Below, piece after piece: positions 34,736 to 38,159 of a stretch of DNA of 38,159 nt. Made by a program: the position numbers and the translations under genes. Under the pieces are notes generated by a model, which was not told the DNA's origin, did no database searches, and worked only from the letters and a program-made list of their open reading frames with translations. The DNA lies in assembly GCA_964430605.1 (NCBI GenBank), contig CAYSGX010000002.1, forward strand, positions 1 to 38,159. Reading direction: 5' to 3'. Within the stretch, counting starts at the first letter, position 1. Each line of letters opens with the position of its first letter. Source of the stretch: an uncultured Chitinophagaceae bacterium. GTDB taxonomy: Bacteria; Bacteroidota; Bacteroidia; Chitinophagales; CAIOSU01.

Positions 34736-37249
34736 ATGTATAATAAACTAATAACCAAAAAGAAATCTCTCATCAAGTTGATGATTGTTCTTTTAACTGC
34801 GGCTTTCTCATTCCCTGTATCGGCACAAACCGGTGATACCACCATATTAGAGGGGTTTGTAGAGAGTTCATTAACACTTCGTTCGGGCAAGGTGTATGTG
34901 GTAAACCACAACGTTAAAATCAGCAAAGGTGTTACCTTGAATATTGAAAAGAATGCTGTGGTATTATTTAACCATACTTCTACTTTGGTTTTAGAAGGCG
35001 GTATCAATGTAACCGGTGAGCCTAATGCTTTTGTAACCTTTGCCAGTAAAGACAATGAATACAGAGGTGCCGGTATAGTAATCAGAGGAAGTGAAGGTGC
35101 TGATATAAATATTAATTATGCTAAATTCTCAAAGTTGTCAATGCCTTTAAACTTTGAAATGAATTGGTACAGAGCAAATGTAAATGTTAAAAACACTTTA
35201 TTTAGAGATGTTACCACTGGTGAATCTGCCATTGTAGTTTCTATGCCTTTAGGTGCATTTTTAGGGCAAACCGATAAAGTAAGTAACTTAAACTTTACCA
35301 ATAATAATTTTATTAATAACTGGGGTTCGGTTTTCTTTGAAAATTTTCAGGATAATATCTTAAATGTAAACTTTTCTAACAACGTGATTACCAATAACGT
35401 GGTTTACGGAATAGATAAAGGTATTCCTTCAAATACCCCCGTGTTTGGCTTATATGATAATACACAAAGAAAATATTCTGCAAAAATTACTGAAAACTCT
35501 ATTTTTGGTAATTATCAGATTAATGCTTCTACCGATACTATTATAAGGGAAATCAGTTTTGGTATTCAAGGAAAAGGCGAGAAGTTATCTATTCCGAATA
35601 ACTACTACAGATCTACCGATGCTGCTTATATTTCATCAACGTTCGACCACTTTTTTCAGAATAATGAATTACCACTTTTAGTAGCCGAACCATTCTTGAG
35701 AGCTCCGTCTGCTGCCGCTCACGCGCATATCTATAAAGTAAATATGGGAGGCGGTGAAGTGAAAAACTATGATGAGATACCTCAGGTAGGCAATCAAAAT
35801 GTTGCTTTTGAAGTGTTTTTTAACAGGGCGGTTTCTCCTTTGGGAAATGCACAGTTGAAGTGGGTTTATTTCGACACTACCAATCGCTCTTTAGAGCAGG
35901 ACACCATTGTAATTTCAAATGCTCAATTAACTGCCGATAAAAAACAGTTTAACTTTGTTGTTGCCGATGCTTCTTTCCTGAAATCGGGAATTGGCTATTT
36001 GGTAATCAGCAATTTTATTGATGAAACAGGCTTTGAAGTGCCTGAATTTCCTATAGGGCAGGTTAGGGCCATCAACACCTACAATAAATTATATTATGCC
36101 GGTTTACAGTCTAAATATTTCAATCCGGCAAGTTTAATCAACAATAATCTTGGAAGCGGAAAGTTGGTTCCCGAGAAACTTGATATTGAAAAACTGGAAG
36201 AGCTTAGCGAATTGGGAGATTTATCATATTTAGGGGCTTATACATCATTAGCTAAAACTTGGGAAGTAGGAGTTTTCGGTGGCACATCAAACTATTTGGG
36301 CGATTTGGCTTTCAAATTCATGGAAAAGAGTCAATTCCAGTGGTCTTGGGGTGTTTTTGGTCAGTACAATATTTCAAAATGGTTTTCTACACGCTTAGGA
36401 TATAATATGCTAAGAATTCAGGGAGATGATATTTTTGATTCTGATCTAGGGAGAAGAGCCAGATATGCTAACTTTAGAAATAATGTTCAGGAGTTAGCCT
36501 TAACCTTACATTTCCATTTATTACAGTATGGAATAAGTAAAGGTGAAAAATTTTCGCCTTCGGTATATGTGGGTATTGCAGGTTTTCATCATAACCCAAT
36601 GGCTAGAATTGTTAGAGGCTTAGATGAATTAACCGGAGACCCTGTATATCTTAAAGATGATGCAACAGGGAAAGATTTATGGTTTCCGCTACAACCTATT
36701 GGCACAGAAGGACAAACTGCTAATGCTATTGATGCGGAATTTCCTAACAGACCTGCGCCAAAGCAATATTCTTTATGGCAAATTGCTATACCTATGGGTG
36801 TTAATTTAGACTTTATTATTAAAAAATCATGGGTAATTGGTGCTGAAATTGGTTTCAGATTGACATTTACTGATTACCTAGATGATGTGGCGGGATATTA
36901 TTACGATAGGCAAAATACTTTTCAAGCAGTTGTTGACGCAAATCCAACAATAGTTGCGGCAACAGGTTTTGGCGGAAAAACAGCATCTTATCCTGTAACA
37001 TATACTGATTTAGACGGAAATGTGAAAAACACTGCAGCCACATTAGCAACACCGTCATTAGCCAGGTCAGGAGATAGGAACAATGATGCCTTTGGATTTC
37101 CTGATGCCAGAAAAGGCGATTTGAACAGAGACTGGTATATCCCTTTAGGGTTAAAAGTGAGTAAGGTTTTTGGATATAATAAATATGAGAAGCAGGCTAA
37201 AAAAGCTATGAAAGAAGAAGAAAAATTAGCCAAGCCAAATAAAAGATAA
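34736..37249 (+). CDS. Fusion protein: signal peptide + right-handed beta-helix-like repeats + Ig-like segment + C-terminal DUF6089-like outer-membrane beta-barrel
   Basis: 837 aa. N-rich repeats: NLNFTNNNFINN, NVNFSNNVITNN, ITENSIFGN. From about nt 36257, WEVGVFGGTSNYLGDLA..WSWGVFGQYNISKWFSTRLGY resembles the DUF6089/PorT-like barrel pattern (from memory). The tail is lysine-rich. Confidence 0.6.
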   Translation: MYNKLITKKKSLIKLMIVLLTAAFSFPVSAQTGDTTILEGFVESSLTLRSGKVYVVNHNVKISKGVTLNIEKNAVVLFNHTSTLVLEGGINVTGEPNAFVTFASKDNEYRGAGIVIRGSEGADININYAKFSKLSMPLNFEMNWYRANVNVKNTLFRDVTTGESAIVVSMPLGAFLGQTDKVSNLNFTNNNFINNWGSVFFENFQDNILNVNFSNNVITNNVVYGIDKGIPSNTPVFGLYDNTQRKYSAKITENSIFGNYQINASTDTIIREISFGIQGKGEKLSIPNNYYRSTDAAYISSTFDHFFQNNELPLLVAEPFLRAPSAAAHAHIYKVNMGGGEVKNYDEIPQVGNQNVAFEVFFNRAVSPLGNAQLKWVYFDTTNRSLEQDTIVISNAQLTADKKQFNFVVADASFLKSGIGYLVISNFIDETGFEVPEFPIGQVRAINTYNKLYYAGLQSKYFNPASLINNNLGSGKLVPEKLDIEKLEELSELGDLSYLGAYTSLAKTWEVGVFGGTSNYLGDLAFKFMEKSQFQWSWGVFGQYNISKWFSTRLGYNMLRIQGDDIFDSDLGRRARYANFRNNVQELALTLHFHLLQYGISKGEKFSPSVYVGIAGFHHNPMARIVRGLDELTGDPVYLKDDATGKDLWFPLQPIGTEGQTANAIDAEFPNRPAPKQYSLWQIAIPMGVNLDFIIKKSWVIGAEIGFRLTFTDYLDDVAGYYYDRQNTFQAVVDANPTIVAATGFGGKTASYPVTYTDLDGNVKNTAATLATPSLARSGDRNNDAFGFPDARKGDLNRDWYIPLGLKVSKVFGYNKYEKQAKKAMKEEEKLAKPNKR

Positions 37250-37283
37250 CTTCAGTATTCTGTTTAGTTTCTGCTAAACCCTT

Positions 37284-38159
37284 CTAAGCGGCTTTCAGTT
37301 GCTCTAATTTTTCCTTGTTAGCTTTTTCTCTGCAAACTTCTTCAGTAATAATAAAATACTTCACGTTTTTATCTGAGGGTAATTCAAACATGATGTCTGT
37401 CATAATGCTTTCGCATATTGAACGTAAGCCCCTTGCACCCAATTTAAAATCATAAGCTTTATCTACAATAAAGTCTAAAGCATCTTTGCTGAATTCTAAT
37501 TTTACGCCTTCTAATGCAAACAGTTTTTCATACTGTTTTATTAAGGCATTTTTGGGTTGGGTAAGAATAGCAAGCAATGCCTTTTTATCTAAGGGGTTTA
37601 AATGTGTTACAACAGGTAATCTGCCAATAAGCTCGGGTATTAAGCCAAAACGCCTTATGTCTAACGGGCTAACATATTGCAGGAAGTTTTCCTTATCTAC
37701 ATTTTTCCTGCTTAGGCTACTTTTAAAGCCTATAGCCTGCGATTGTAAGCGGGAAGAAATAATTCTGCTGATACCGTCAAAAGCGCCACCGCAAATAAAT
37801 AGTACGTTACGGGTATTTACTTTTATTAATTTTTGCTCGGGATGTTTACGACCGCCATGCGGAGGCACTAATACTTCAGTACCTTCCAGTAACTTTAACA
37901 TAGCTTGTTGCACACCTTCACCCGATACATCTCTGGTTAATGAAGGGTTATCGCCTTTACGGGCAATTTTATCTATTTCATCAATATATACAATGCCCTT
38001 TTCGGCACTGGCAACATCATAATTACACGATTGCAGCAGGCGCGATAAAATACTTTCTACATCTTCTCCCACATAACCCGCCTCTGTAAATACCGTAGCA
38101 TCTACAATAGCAAAAGGTACATTTAAAAACTTAGCGATTGAGCGGGCCAGTAATGTCTT
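37284..38159 (-). CDS. clpX: ATP-dependent Clp protease ATP-binding subunit ClpX, C-terminal 291 codons; 5' end lies beyond the window end
   Basis: The frame stays open to the window edge. My translation from nt 38159 reads [62 protein letters not shown], covering the ClpX Walker B and sensor regions. Confidence 0.95.
   Translation of the reverse strand, partial: KTLLARSIAKFLNVPFAIVDATVFTEAGYVGEDVESILSRLLQSCNYDVASAEKGIVYIDEIDKIARKGDNPSLTRDVSGEGVQQAMLKLLEGTEVLVPPHGGRKHPEQKLIKVNTRNVLFICGGAFDGISRIISSRLQSQAIGFKSSLSRKNVDKENFLQYVSPLDIRRFGLIPELIGRLPVVTHLNPLDKKALLAILTQPKNALIKQYEKLFALEGVKLEFSKDALDFIVDKAYDFKLGARGLRSICESIMTDIMFELPSDKNVKYFIITEEVCREKANKEKLEQLKAA

Noticed and set aside
37262-37279. The 6-bp hairpin GTTTAG/CTAAAC between the convergent 837-aa gene and clpX as a bidirectional terminator
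   Set aside because: The stem is too short and AT-rich to support a call.

Overview
This window is a Bacteroidota-type chromosomal segment. Core genes include a Bacteroidetes-style primary sigma factor, the T9SS/gliding genes porQ, porX, gldL and gldM, plus cmk, lpxD and clpX. Two accessory, defence-type insertions interrupt it.

Island 1 (about 3.74-7.86 kb) encodes a single-polypeptide nuclease-methyltransferase-specificity enzyme with Type IIB/IIG (AloI/CjeI-like) architecture. A small XRE/C-protein-like HTH gene precedes it, and an imperfect TG-rich direct repeat brackets the cassette.

Island 2 (about 10.2-20.8 kb) lies between cmk and a lipoprotein gene, and its borders carry diverged copies of the same repeat unit. 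It holds two tightly packed divergent operons that share a 77-bp control region.
- Minus operon: vsr, dcm, a 700-aa protein with two GHKL ATPase modules (an N-terminal MutL/MORC-type module and a C-terminal histidine-kinase-type module behind an H-box), a receiver (REC) domain protein with an unassigned ~300-aa C-terminal domain, a reader+HNH nuclease, and a DUF1016/YhcG PD-(D/E)XK nuclease.
- Plus operon: a small protein, a second MutL/MORC-type GHKL ATPase interrupted by one in-frame TAA, and two proteins I cannot assign to any family.

These two operons are my best candidates for an undescribed defence system: methylation-linked, GHKL-centred and with two-component-like signalling.

The rest is housekeeping: rhomboid, mnmD-like, plsC, a hydrolase, DoxX, a TonB-C protein, lpxD, an HD protein, and a porX-gldL-gldM cluster. 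That cluster lacks adjacent gldK/gldN and ends in an unusual beta-helix/OM-barrel fusion.

I recognised no rRNA, tRNA, CRISPR array, transposase or integrase by eye. All family calls come from motif reading and memory, not from searches.
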